Assembly (NCBI GenBank): GCA_963666215.2
Contig: CAXWPL010000004.1
Coordinates: 224,001 to 288,000 of the forward strand
Reading direction: 5' to 3'
Length of the DNA: 64,000 nt
Origin: Acidobacteriota bacterium
GTDB taxonomy: Bacteria; Acidobacteriota; UBA890; WLXD01
Shown piece by piece: positions 1 through 12,105 of the stretch. The notes under the pieces were generated by a model. It did no database searches. It was not told the DNA's origin and saw nothing but the letters and a program-made list of their open reading frames with translations. The stretch's first letter is position 1, and each line of letters begins with the position of its first letter. Both the position numbers and the translations under genes were made by a program.

Positions 1-2148
<2,148 letters not shown>

Positions 2149-2321
2149 GACTCGGCCGGCCGGACGCTCATCGAGCGCCAAGGCCTCGGCGAATGCAGGC
2201 CGACCGACGTCGACTTCCACCTGCTAGCCTCCGCGATGCCTTTGCCCGTTCGTTTGTGGCGCTCGATCGCGCACTGCACACTGCCGCCGAGCACTTGAAC
2301 GTCGACTGGAGAGCGAGACCC

Positions 2322-3887
2322 ATGTTCCGACGGCGCACCTCGACCACTCGCGCACTTGGCTGCTTCGCATTGCTATTCGTCGCTCTGGTGGCCTGTGACA
2401 CCGCCGCTCAAGACGCCCCGTATCCGCAGGCGGTTTTCGACAAGGCGATCGCCGACTTCGCTGCCGGCCGACTCCACGAAGCTGCTTCGGAGTTCGACCG
2501 TTTGGCCGAGCTCGTCCCCTCGGCGGCACCGCAACTGTGGCAACGCGGGATCGCTCTCTACTACGTGGGGCGCTACGACGACTGTCGCCTGCAGCTCGAG
2601 TCGCATCGCACGGTCAACCCGAACGACGCCGAGAACGCTGCCTGGCATTTCCTGTGTGTCGCCGCCGGGGAGTCCCTCGAGCAAGCGCAACAAGACCTCC
2701 TGCCGGTAGGGCCCGACAGGCGTTCGCCCATGGCCGAGATCTACGAGATGTTTCGCGGTGAGCTCACGCCCGACGACGTTCTGGCAGCTGCCGGGTCACA
2801 ACTGACGGCCCGCTTCTACGCCCACCTGTATATCGGGCTCTACCACCAGGCGCAGGAAAATCTCGCGGCCGCGACCGAGCACATCGCCGCCGCGGCGCAG
2901 CAGGAATTCGCTGCGAGCGGCGGCTACATGCATGTCGTGGCGCGTATCCATGAAGAGAGCCTGGTCTCAAACCAGGCTGCCGAATCGAGTGAGATGCCGA
3001 GCAGGTCTAACGAGGTGATGACACCGCGACCGGGAATCGACGCCACCAACGCCTTCTACTACTACGCCGATGTGGAAGCGGCGTGGCGGTTCTACACCGA
3101 GGTGCTGGGGCTTCAAACGGTCGCCGACTACGGCTTCGCCAAGATCCTCCGCGTGGCCTCGTCCTCGTATTTGACCCTGGTCGATGCGGAGCGTGGGATG
3201 CATTCGGCCGAGGAGCCCAAGAGCGTCACGCTAGCGCTCGTGACCGACGAGCTCGAGGGCTGGTACGACTATCTGATCGAGGCGGAAGTGCCGATGCGCG
3301 CGGCGTTCGAGCCCGCCAGCGGCCTTCCACATCAGGGGTTCGTCGCGATCGATCCCGAAGGCTACTTCCTGGAGTTCGAGCGCTTCGAGCCACATGCGGA
3401 GAACGAGCGCCTGTTGCCAGCGTTGGCGGCCCTGCGGCCGGTGTTCCCCGATCCAGATACCCAGACCGAGCGGCCCGCCAACCTGGGCATTCGGGCCACC
3501 GTGCTGTGGCTCTATTTCAACGATACTGCGCGAGCCAACCAGTTCTACACCGACCTTCTCGGACAGGCCCCGATCGTCGACCAGGGCTGGGCGTGGGCGT
3601 ATCAGGCGGCCGGGTCGGGTCTGATCGGCATCGTTGATGGATCCCGTGGCCTGCACCAGGCCACCAACGAAAAAGGCGTGACCGTGTCGCTGTTCGTCGA
3701 CGACGTCGAAGCCTGGTTCGCGGTGGCACCCGGCGTGCGTGGCTTCGAGCTGCGCACTCAGGAGATCACCGACGAGAGCGGCCGGGTGAGCGTTTTCGTG
3801 GGATACGACCCCGAGGGCACGTTTCTCGAGTGGGACACGTTTCTCGACGTCGAGGGCAACGAAAAGCTCCTCGAACTGCTGCGCTGA
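2322..3887 (+). CDS. Secreted/lipoprotein TPR domain fused to tandem VOC (glyoxalase-like) domains
   Basis: Signal with LVAC; TPR-like LWQRGIALYY...VNPNDAENAAWHFLC; two VOC repeats (YYADVEAAWRFYTEVLGL...DPEGYFLEFE and YFNDTARANQFYTDLLG...DPEGTFLEWD). Start chosen at ATG 2322. Confidence 0.7.
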   Translation: MFRRRTSTTRALGCFALLFVALVACDTAAQDAPYPQAVFDKAIADFAAGRLHEAASEFDRLAELVPSAAPQLWQRGIALYYVGRYDDCRLQLESHRTVNPNDAENAAWHFLCVAAGESLEQAQQDLLPVGPDRRSPMAEIYEMFRGELTPDDVLAAAGSQLTARFYAHLYIGLYHQAQENLAAATEHIAAAAQQEFAASGGYMHVVARIHEESLVSNQAAESSEMPSRSNEVMTPRPGIDATNAFYYYADVEAAWRFYTEVLGLQTVADYGFAKILRVASSSYLTLVDAERGMHSAEEPKSVTLALVTDELEGWYDYLIEAEVPMRAAFEPASGLPHQGFVAIDPEGYFLEFERFEPHAENERLLPALAALRPVFPDPDTQTERPANLGIRATVLWLYFNDTARANQFYTDLLGQAPIVDQGWAWAYQAAGSGLIGIVDGSRGLHQATNEKGVTVSLFVDDVEAWFAVAPGVRGFELRTQEITDESGRVSVFVGYDPEGTFLEWDTFLDVEGNEKLLELLR

Positions 3888-4024
3888 GACGACCCCGCGT
3901 AGCGGTCCAAGCGAGCCATCTGGCGTGACCGACGTCACTCGCACAACCTCGATCTCGTGTGTCCCACCGGCGTACGGCGATACACTCGGCGACGCTTCCA
4001 CGCATCTAACCCGAGGAGAACCCC

Positions 4025-4639
4025 ATGGCATCGAGAATCGAGCCCGTCACACGCGAGGGCACCACCGACGTCGACCTGCGGCAGCTACTCCAAGACGGCG
4101 CCGACGGCTGGTGGAAAGACACCGAGATGTTCGGCGTGATCGGCCGAGTGCCCGACCTGCTCAAGAGCATCGTGCCCGTGTTCGGCGCGTTCTTTGGCGG
4201 CGGCCGTGTTGACGCACACATCTTCGAGATGATGCGCGTCAAAACGGGGCAGATGAACGACTGCGCCTATTGAAGCACCGTACGCACCGCTGCCGTGCGC
4301 AGTGAAGTGGAGCCCCGCGAAGGAGCCATTCTCTCTGGCGACTACAGCTCGTTGTCGCGCCCCGAGGCGCTGGCCGTCGAGCTGGCCGAGCGCATGGGCA
4401 TGGACCCACACTCGGTAACCGACGACTTCTGGGAACAGCTCAAGAGCGAGTACACCGACGAACCGATCGTCGAACTGTCGTTCGCCTGTTCCATCTTCAA
4501 CTGGGGTAACAAGTTCAACATCACCATGCGCCTCGACACCGACGGCCGCGAGTACCACAAGGGAATGGAATACGCCGACGCCCCAACCTTCTGGCGTGAA
4601 GGACAAGGCGGCGCTGGAGCCAGGTCGGGAGACGCTTGA
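4025..4639 (+). CDS. AhpD/carboxymuconolactone decarboxylase-family peroxidase-like protein, probable selenoprotein (CxxU, TGA at 4271-4273)
   Basis: ORFs 4025-4273 and 4295-4639 are in the same frame. Read-through gives ...EMMRVKTGQMNDCAY-U-STVRT...LSRPEALAVELAERM...VTDDFWEQLKSEYTDEPIVEL, a complete CMD/AhpD fold. RBS GAGGAG upstream; the stop overlaps the next start (TTGA). Confidence 0.8.
4274..4304 (+). promoter_or_regulatory. Candidate bacterial SECIS hairpin
   Basis: CGCAC (4283-4287) pairs with GTGCG (4295-4299) around loop CGCTGCC; outer CAC/GTG pairing; directly 3' of the in-frame TGA. Confidence 0.45.
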
Positions 4640-5355
4640 TCGCTCGACTGGCAGCTCGCCGAATTGCGCTCACTGGCGCAGCCGTGCTCGTACTGAGCAC
4701 GGCCGCCGCGGCCCAACAAGGCCAAGAAGGTCAAGTCGACCCTTCTCTAGAGGAGGCGATCCGCTGGTACACCGGTGTCGGCGGCGAGGTCGACGATCGC
4801 AGAGCGCGCACGCTCTTGCTGGAAGCCGTTGCCGACGACGACCCGATCTCGCGAATGTGGCTGGCACGCTGTCACTCCCGCGGACGGATGTTCTTCGAGC
4901 ACGACAAGGCCCTCGCCGACTCGATTGCCGCCAGCGTGCTCGATCGGGTCCACGCGCTGGCGCTTCAAGACGTGGCCGAGGCGGCGTTCCTGATGGGCAC
5001 CGCCAACGACGAAGGGCTTGCCATGGAACCCGACCCGGCGCTCGCGGCGGCGTGGTTCCATCGCGCTGCGGATCAGGCGCACGTGCTATCGCAACACAAC
5101 CTCGGCAACGCCTACGCGGCGGGCCGAGGTCTCCCCCAAAGCGACGAGATGGCCATCTTCTGGTGGCGCAAAGCTGCCGAGCAGGGCGACGCGATTCCGC
5201 AACTCCGCCTCGGCGAGGCGTACGAAGAAGGCCGCGGGGTTGATCGCGATCTCGACATGGCTAAGCTCTGGTACGGTCGCTCCGCCGGGCGCGGCAATAG
5301 CACCGCCGTCGAGGCACTGAAGCGACTCGAGGCCGGCTCGGGACAACTCCTCTAA
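4636..5355 (+). CDS. Sel1-repeat protein, secreted
   Basis: Signal peptide; repeats such as WFHRAADQAHVLSQHNLGNAYAAGRG and WWRKAAEQGDAIPQLRLGEAYEEGRG. Confidence 0.9.
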   Translation: MIARLAARRIALTGAAVLVLSTAAAAQQGQEGQVDPSLEEAIRWYTGVGGEVDDRRARTLLLEAVADDDPISRMWLARCHSRGRMFFEHDKALADSIAASVLDRVHALALQDVAEAAFLMGTANDEGLAMEPDPALAAAWFHRAADQAHVLSQHNLGNAYAAGRGLPQSDEMAIFWWRKAAEQGDAIPQLRLGEAYEEGRGVDRDLDMAKLWYGRSAGRGNSTAVEALKRLEAGSGQLL

Positions 5356-5368
5356 TCAAGGACCGAAC

Positions 5369-6073
5369 TTGATCACCCTCTATCAGTTCGCACCGGGCTT
5401 CGACAAGCCGTTCAGTGTGAGCCCGTTCTGCGCCAAGCTCGAAGCGTATCTGCGGCTAGCCGGGCTCGAGTACAAAACCGTCAACCTGGGCGATCCCCGC
5501 AAGGCGCCGAAGGGCAAGCTCCCGTTCGTTGACATCGACGGAGACCTGATGGGCGACAGCACGGCCATTATCGCGACCTGCAAAGACAGGTTTGGCGATC
5601 CGCTCGACGGCGATCTCACCGCCGAACAGCACCATCGCGGCCTGCTCGTACAGCGTACGTGCGAAGAGCATCTGTACTGGTCGATGATTCAGTCTCGGTT
5701 TGTAGACGACCGCGGATGGCAGCTTCAGAAAGGAGTCGTGGGTGACACGCTGCCCGCGCCGCTGCGGCTCTTCGTGCCGGGGCTCGTTCGTCGCGGCATC
5801 GGCAAAGCGCTCCAGGCGCATGGGATCGGCCGCCACGGCCAAGACGAGATCTATAGCGCTGGTGTCGCCGACCTCGAGGCGTGCCAGGCACAGCTCGACG
5901 GCAAGGCGTTCCTTCTGGGTGACACGCCGACCAGTTACGACTGCTCGCTCTGGAGGCACGCAAGCTGCGCTCTCAGTACGAAATCGTCGAACGCTCTTAC
6001 CGACGGGGCCCGCACGCTCACCGAGCTCGGCGCCTATGTGGAACGCATGACAGATCGGCTGGGCTTTGCTTGA
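5369..6073 (+). CDS. Glutathione S-transferase family protein (metaxin/FAX-like)
   Basis: SVSPFCAKLEAYLRL, PKGKLPF, DSTAII, FLLGDTPTSYD. Confidence 0.88.
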   Translation: MITLYQFAPGFDKPFSVSPFCAKLEAYLRLAGLEYKTVNLGDPRKAPKGKLPFVDIDGDLMGDSTAIIATCKDRFGDPLDGDLTAEQHHRGLLVQRTCEEHLYWSMIQSRFVDDRGWQLQKGVVGDTLPAPLRLFVPGLVRRGIGKALQAHGIGRHGQDEIYSAGVADLEACQAQLDGKAFLLGDTPTSYDCSLWRHASCALSTKSSNALTDGARTLTELGAYVERMTDRLGFA

Positions 6074-6371
6074 GGCGTTTCAGCCAGTTCTTCAGGTTCT
6101 GCCAATTCTGCACGGCATGGACGCTGGCGCTGACGATCTCCACGGCCGGATGCTCGCCCACCGCGACGCCGGATCCACAGCTGAGCACGCGAGCCGAGCT
6201 TTCTGGCGCGAACGACGCTGAGTCGAGGCTGCAAAGCCTCGGGATCACGCTGCCGGAGCCACCGTCTTCGGCGAGCGCGGCAAGCACGCACGCGCCGCCG
6301 TGGGCATGGCCGTCCTGCCGCGCAATCAAGCGGTCGAGGTCGAGATGATCGTCGAGATCTCGAAAAACTGA
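6070..6371 (+). pseudogene. RidA/YjgF-family remnant with internal deletion
   Basis: N-terminal ESRLQSLGITLPEPP is joined out of frame at about 6264 to C-terminal VFGERGKHARAAVGMAVLPRNQAVEVEMIVEI*; the core of the domain is missing. Confidence 0.8.
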
Positions 6372-6422
6372 GCCGACACGACGGCTTCCAACGCCGATGG
6401 CCCCTTCACGAGGATCGTTGCC

Positions 6423-7703
6423 ATGACAACCCGCGCCCGCCTGCTCTCCTGCTCGATTTCCGTGGCGCTCTTGCTCGCTGGTCTGTCAGCGGCGCGAGCC
6501 CAACAGCCCGCTCATACACAACCGCACGAGAGCGACCTCTCGACCGACCGACTGTTGCGACTCAGCGACGCTCTCGGAGACTACGTGCAACGCGGTGAGC
6601 TGCCGGGTGCCGTGGCGCTCGTCGCCCGCCGCGGCGAAGTTGCGTACCTCGAGGCGTTCGGCAAGCGTGACTTGGAGGCGGGCGACCCGCTGCGCACCGA
6701 CTCCATCTTTCGTATTGCCTCCCAAACCAAGGCACTGGTGAGCGTGGCGGTGATGGCTCTCCAGGAGGAGGGACTCCTGCTAATCGGCGATCCGGTGGGT
6801 GACTACCTGCCGGAGTTCAGCCATACCACCGTGGCGGTGCCGAACGAGTCTGGGGGCTATGACGTTGCCGATGCCGACCGCCCGATCACCATTCGTGACC
6901 TGCTAACCCACACCGCCGGCGTCAGCTACGGCGACGGCCTGGCACGCGACCGCTGGGCCGAGGCCGGGATCCAAGGCTGGTACTTTGCCGATCGCGACGA
7001 GCCGATTCGCGCCACCATCGAACGACTGGCGGCGTTGCCGTTCGACGCTCAGCCAGGCGAGCAGTGGATCTACGGCTACTCCACCGACATCCTGGGGGCC
7101 CTCGTCGAGCAGGTCGGCGGAGTCCCCCTCGACGAGCTCCTGCGCACGCGGATCTTCGAGCCGTTGGGGATGAACGACACCCACTTCTACCTACCGCCCG
7201 ACAAGGTCGACCGCCTCGTCACCGTCTACTCGGCCACGGCTGATGGCAGCCTCGAGCGAGCGCCAGCGCCGGGTGGCATGGTGGGTCAGGGTGCCTATGT
7301 CGACGGCCCTCGCAAGAGTTTCTCAGGCGGCGCCGGGTTGCTCTCGACGGCCACCGACTACGCGAAGTTCTTGCAGATGCTGCTGAACGGCGGCGCGTTT
7401 GGGGGCCAACAGGTATTGACCCCGAAAAGCGTCGACCTGATGACCGTCAACCACCTCACCGATCAACCCTTCGCCAGTGGCGTCGGTTTCGGACTCGGCT
7501 TCTCGATAGTGGAAAGCCTCGGGTCGCGCGGAGTGCCCGGCTCGGTTGGCGAGTTCGGCTGGGGCGGCGCTTACCACTCCACCTACTGGGTGGACCCCGA
7601 GGAGCAGCTCGTCGTCGTGTATCTCACACAACTCATCCCCGCCATGGGGCTCGACGATCACGGCAAGCTGCGCGCGCTGGTCTATCAATCGATCATCAAC
7701 TAA
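6423..7703 (+). CDS. Serine hydrolase, beta-lactamase class C/AmpC-like family
   Basis: FRIASQTK (SxxK), [27 protein letters not shown]; signal peptide. Confidence 0.92.
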   Translation: MTTRARLLSCSISVALLLAGLSAARAQQPAHTQPHESDLSTDRLLRLSDALGDYVQRGELPGAVALVARRGEVAYLEAFGKRDLEAGDPLRTDSIFRIASQTKALVSVAVMALQEEGLLLIGDPVGDYLPEFSHTTVAVPNESGGYDVADADRPITIRDLLTHTAGVSYGDGLARDRWAEAGIQGWYFADRDEPIRATIERLAALPFDAQPGEQWIYGYSTDILGALVEQVGGVPLDELLRTRIFEPLGMNDTHFYLPPDKVDRLVTVYSATADGSLERAPAPGGMVGQGAYVDGPRKSFSGGAGLLSTATDYAKFLQMLLNGGAFGGQQVLTPKSVDLMTVNHLTDQPFASGVGFGLGFSIVESLGSRGVPGSVGEFGWGGAYHSTYWVDPEEQLVVVYLTQLIPAMGLDDHGKLRALVYQSIIN

Positions 7704-7753
7704 GCCGGCTTCAGACTGGCCGCCGCTAGGAACGCAGGCCTACAAGGACCGCG

Positions 7754-8107
7754 ATGCAACCGATAGCCATCAAGCCTCATATCTCGTTCGACGACCTCCA
7801 GAAGATCGACGTGCGCATCGGCACCATCGAGCGGGTTGAGGACGTCGATGGAGCCGACACACTGGTGCGTCTCATCGTCAACTTCGGCGACCATACCCGC
7901 ACCATCCTGTCGGGGATGAAGGGCGAGCGCGACGACCCGCGCGAGATCGAAGGCAAGCAGGCGCTCTTCGTCATCAACCTCGAGCCCAAGAAGATGATGG
8001 GCGAGCTCTCCGAAGGCATGCTCTTCGATATCGGCCACGCTGACGGAGTCCAACCGGCGCTCGCCTGCCCCGAGCACCCCGTGCCCAACGGCTCGCGCGC
8101 CGGGTAG
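7754..8107 (+). CDS. tRNA-binding OB-fold protein (CsaA/Trbp111-like)
   Basis: FDDLQKIDVRIGTI, NLEPKKMMGELSEGML, VPNGSR. Confidence 0.88.
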   Translation: MQPIAIKPHISFDDLQKIDVRIGTIERVEDVDGADTLVRLIVNFGDHTRTILSGMKGERDDPREIEGKQALFVINLEPKKMMGELSEGMLFDIGHADGVQPALACPEHPVPNGSRAG

Positions 8108-8129
8108 TGAAAAGGAGAGTCGAAGCACC

Positions 8130-8456
8130 ATGATCGGACGCATATGGCACGGCTACACGTCGCGGGCAAACGCGGACGCCTATGAACATCTGCTGCGCAC
8201 GGAGATCCTCCCAGGCATCCACCGCGTCGACGGCCACCGCGGCGGCTACCTTCTGCGGCGAGACCCGGGCAACGACAACGACGAAGTCGAGTTCATCACG
8301 CTGACCTTCTTCGAGTCGATGGACGCGATCCGCGCGTTCGCCGGCGACGACCCCGAGGTCGCTGTGGTGCCACCCGTTGCCCGCGAGCTGCTATCGAGAT
8401 TCGACGAGCGCTCGGTCCACTACGAAGTCGCGATCGGAGGAGACGACCGGCCGTGA
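8130..8456 (+). CDS. Antibiotic biosynthesis monooxygenase (ABM)-like protein
   Basis: MIGRIWHG...ADAYE...EFITLTFFESMDAIRAFAG. Confidence 0.85.
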   Translation: MIGRIWHGYTSRANADAYEHLLRTEILPGIHRVDGHRGGYLLRRDPGNDNDEVEFITLTFFESMDAIRAFAGDDPEVAVVPPVARELLSRFDERSVHYEVAIGGDDRP

Positions 8457-8731
8457 AGCGGCGGTGGCCGAACGCGCTCGCGCTGGGTGCCGTGGCTGGC
8501 GTCGCTCTGCTCAGTTGGGGATGTCGAGCGCAGCCTGCTGAGGTCGCGACCCGTGATGATCCCCAGACCCTCGACTCGCCCACACCTCTGTGGAGAGGGA
8601 ACGGTTGGGCGGTGGAGCCCGAGCCGGAACGGGAGATCGGTGTCGGCGAGGGGCCCGTGGAGCAGATGCTCTACGTCGCCCAGAGCGTGATTCGACTGAG
8701 CAAGTACGCCGATTCGCTGCCGCCCAAGTGA
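8453..8731 (+). pseudogene. Truncated lipoprotein (N-terminus resembling 6-bladed beta-propeller proteins)
   Basis: Lipobox-like LSWGC, then WAVEPEPEREIGVGEG, ending abruptly at 92 aa. Confidence 0.4.
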
Positions 8732-8773
8732 CCCCTACGCCCCACTGACAACCCGTCTGACGGAGCACTGACC

Positions 8774-11700
8774 TTGCCCCAAACAGGTTCGACCTTCCTG
8801 ATTCCCTCGGCCCGGCGTTTCTCTGTGGCCTTCGCGCTCGTGGCGCTCGCGCTCGCCATGCTTTTGGGATCCACTCCGACCATCTGGGCACAGCAGGTCG
8901 ACAGCGACCAACTGTCGGCGCTGCGCTATCGATTCATCGGTCCGGAAGGCAACCGTGCGATCGCGGTCGTGGGAGTGCCGGGCAACAATCAGCTGATCTA
9001 CGCGGGTGCGGCGTCGGGCGGGATCTGGAAGAGCACCAACGGTGGCAACAACTGGCAGCCCATCTTCGACGATACCGACGTGGCGTCGGTGGGCTCGCTG
9101 GCGATCGCCGCTTCCGACCCGAACGTCGTTTGGGCGGGCACCGGCGAGACGTTCGTCATCCGGCCGGCGCTGGCGCATGGCAACGGCATCTATAAGAGCA
9201 CCGACGCCGGCAAGAGCTGGACGAACATGGGGCTCGAGCGCACCGGTCGGATCGGCCGCGTGATCGTTGATCCGCGCGACCCGGACGTGGTCTTCGCCTG
9301 CGCTGCCGGTCACGCGTATGCACCGCAGCCGGAGCGAGGCGTCTTCCGGACGCTCGACGGTGGGTCGACGTGGGAGCACGTGCTCTCGGTGGACGAGATG
9401 ACCGGCTGCTCCGATCTGGCGATCGACCCTGGCAACGCTCGTGTGTTGCTCGCGGGGATGTGGCAAATCCAGATGGACCTCGGCGGTCTCAAGAGCGGCG
9501 GGCCGAGCAGTGGGGTCCATCGATCGAGTGACGGCGGCGACACCTGGGAGCAGCTCTCGGGTGTCGGCCGCGGCTTGCCCGGTGGCGAGCGCCACCCGGT
9601 GGGCAAGCTCGCGGTGGGCATCGCCCAAGACGACCCGAACCGCTGGTACGTGCTCACAGAGGACACGAGCCCGGCGTTCTACCGCTCCGACAACGCCGGC
9701 GACTCCTGGCGCCTCGTGCAGACCAACCACACGCTCAACGAGCGGGCAACGTACTACACGCGCTTTGCGATCGACACCGAAGACGCCGACCGCATCTATT
9801 TCGCGTCTGTCCGGTTCTCGATGTCGGTCGACGGCGGCCACACCGTCGTCGCCAACCCGCCGCGTGGCGGCGGCGACAACCACGACATCTGGGTCGACCC
9901 AACCAACGCCGACCGCATCATGGTGGCCGACGACGGCGGCGTCAACATCAGCCTCGACCACGGTCGGACTTTCAGAAGGATCGTCCTGCCGATTGCCCAG
10001 ATGTACCACGTCTCCGTCGACAATCAGACGCCCTACTACGTCTACGGCAACCGCCAGGACGGCTACTCCTATCGCGGCCCGAGCAATTCGCGCGCCGGTG
10101 GGATTCCCGTCGGCATGTGGCACGGCGTTGGCGGCTGTGAAAGCGGCTGGGCACAGCCCGATCCTGGCGACGACAACATGGTGTGGTCGGGGTGCTACGA
10201 CGGGGGACTGGAGCTCTACGACCGCCGCAACGGCCAGTGGCGCGACGTACGCGTGTGGCCCGAGGCGGGCTACGGCTGGACGCCAGCCGAGCTGAAGCAC
10301 CGCTGGCACTGGAACTTCCCGATCCACATCTCGCCGCACGACCCCGACCGCGTGTATGTGGGTAGCCAGTACGTCAACGTGACGGCGAACAAGGGCCAGA
10401 GCTGGGAGATGCTCAGCCCCGACCTGACGACCAACGACAAGACGCGGCAACAGGACTCGGGCGGCGGCCTCACCATCGACAACCTCTATACCTGGGATGG
10501 CTCGGTGCTCTTCTCGATTGCCGAGTCGCCCGTCGAGGAGGGGGTTATCTGGACCGGCAGCAACGATGGCCAGGTGCACGTCAGCCGCGACGGCGGCGGC
10601 AACTGGAGAAACGTGTCGGGCAACGTGCCGGGGCTGCACGTCGACAGCTGGATCAAGAACATCGAGCCGTCGCGCTACGACGCCGCCACGGCGTACATGG
10701 CGGTCAGCAAGCACGTCGATGGTGATTTCGACCCTTACATTTTCAAGACCACGGACTACGGCGTGAGCTGGACACGCATCAGCGACGGCATCCCGAGCTC
10801 GATGCAGAGCTTCGTCCATGTGGTCCGAGAAGACCCGGTGCGCCGCGGCATGCTCTACGCCGGCACCGACAGCCAGATCTGGGTGTCGCTGAACGATGGC
10901 GACGACTGGTTCTCGCTGCGCGGCAACATGCCGCCGGTACCGATCTACTGGATGGTGATCCAGGAGAACTTCAGCGATCTGGTGGTCGCCACATACGGAC
11001 GCGGCTTCTACATTCTCGACGACATCACACCGTTGCGAGAGCTCGACGCGGGTACCGTCGCGTCCGATCTCGAGCTCTTCGAGCCGCGTCTGGCACATCG
11101 CTTCCGGCAGGTACAGGGCATCAAGACCGAAGGCGGAACCAACGTGCGCGGGCAGAATCCGCCGTACGGCGCCGACCTGAATTTCTGGATTCGAGCCGGC
11201 GAAGGCTCGCTGGCCGGAGAATCGGTCGACGTCACCATCGAGGACGCTGCCGGCAACGTTGTGCGGACCCTCAACGCGAGCGCCAAGGCCGGGCTCAATC
11301 GCATCTGGTGGGATCTCCGCCACGAAGGCTCCCGCGAGCCCAAGCTGCGCACACCGCCACCCGACCACGACTGGGTGCCGATGGGCGAGGAGGGCTGGCG
11401 GCGCCTGCGCACCTGGGATCTCGACCTCTTCCCCGGCTACCGCGGCCCGCTCGCCGTGCCGGGACGCTACACCGCACGCATGAAGGTCGGCGATCGTGAG
11501 GCGACCACGACGATCACCGTCGTCAAGGATCCACATTCGAGCGGCACGATGGCCGACATCGAAAGCCAGGTCGCGCTATCGCTGCAGATCCGCAGCGACA
11601 TCGACGAGGTTGCGGCCATGATTGACGAGCTCGAGTGGACGCGCAAAGAGCTCTTCGACTACATGGAGCGCGCCCGCTCGACCGGCGCCAGCGTCGCCGT

Positions 11701-11998
11701 GCGCGACGTCATCAACTCGGCCGAGGAGCTCGAGCAGTACGCCCTCTCGGTTGAGGCGCGGCTGTTCGATGTGCTCATGACCGGCGCCCGTGAAGACGCT
11801 TTCCGCCACCCGATGAAGCTGTACGGACGCTACGGCGCACTGGGCAACGACGTCGGCAACGACTCCGCCGACTTCCGCCCCACCGATCAACAGCTCGAGG
11901 TCTACGACGTGCTCGCGCGGCGGCTGGAGGAAACCCGAGCTCTCTACGACGATCTGATGCGCAACGACGTGCCGGCTTTCCGAGCGCGGTTGCAGTAG
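8774..11998 (+). CDS. VPS10/BNR-repeat (Asp-box) beta-propeller protein, glycosyl hydrolase-like
   Basis: YRFIGP..NR; many SxDxGxxW Asp-boxes; signal peptide; C-terminal helical tail. Confidence 0.9.
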   Translation: MPQTGSTFLIPSARRFSVAFALVALALAMLLGSTPTIWAQQVDSDQLSALRYRFIGPEGNRAIAVVGVPGNNQLIYAGAASGGIWKSTNGGNNWQPIFDDTDVASVGSLAIAASDPNVVWAGTGETFVIRPALAHGNGIYKSTDAGKSWTNMGLERTGRIGRVIVDPRDPDVVFACAAGHAYAPQPERGVFRTLDGGSTWEHVLSVDEMTGCSDLAIDPGNARVLLAGMWQIQMDLGGLKSGGPSSGVHRSSDGGDTWEQLSGVGRGLPGGERHPVGKLAVGIAQDDPNRWYVLTEDTSPAFYRSDNAGDSWRLVQTNHTLNERATYYTRFAIDTEDADRIYFASVRFSMSVDGGHTVVANPPRGGGDNHDIWVDPTNADRIMVADDGGVNISLDHGRTFRRIVLPIAQMYHVSVDNQTPYYVYGNRQDGYSYRGPSNSRAGGIPVGMWHGVGGCESGWAQPDPGDDNMVWSGCYDGGLELYDRRNGQWRDVRVWPEAGYGWTPAELKHRWHWNFPIHISPHDPDRVYVGSQYVNVTANKGQSWEMLSPDLTTNDKTRQQDSGGGLTIDNLYTWDGSVLFSIAESPVEEGVIWTGSNDGQVHVSRDGGGNWRNVSGNVPGLHVDSWIKNIEPSRYDAATAYMAVSKHVDGDFDPYIFKTTDYGVSWTRISDGIPSSMQSFVHVVREDPVRRGMLYAGTDSQIWVSLNDGDDWFSLRGNMPPVPIYWMVIQENFSDLVVATYGRGFYILDDITPLRELDAGTVASDLELFEPRLAHRFRQVQGIKTEGGTNVRGQNPPYGADLNFWIRAGEGSLAGESVDVTIEDAAGNVVRTLNASAKAGLNRIWWDLRHEGSREPKLRTPPPDHDWVPMGEEGWRRLRTWDLDLFPGYRGPLAVPGRYTARMKVGDREATTTITVVKDPHSSGTMADIESQVALSLQIRSDIDEVAAMIDELEWTRKELFDYMERARSTGASVAVRDVINSAEELEQYALSVEARLFDVLMTGAREDAFRHPMKLYGRYGALGNDVGNDSADFRPTDQQLEVYDVLARRLEETRALYDDLMRNDVPAFRARLQ

Positions 11999-12105
11999 GC
12001 GACCTCAGGAGACGGCTGGACGGCTAGAAGGGGAAGCGTCAGGCACGGCCCACCTGTGACGAGGGCACCGATCTCAGTCGTTCTGGCCGGCACCGAGCAC
12101 CACCG

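Noticed and set aside
8735-11536. 933-aa minus-strand ORF and similar long antisense ORFs (e.g. 47565-49352, 36529-38097, 51313-52755)
   Set aside because: These are shadow ORFs opposite well-supported genes, typical of high-GC codon bias, with no motifs.
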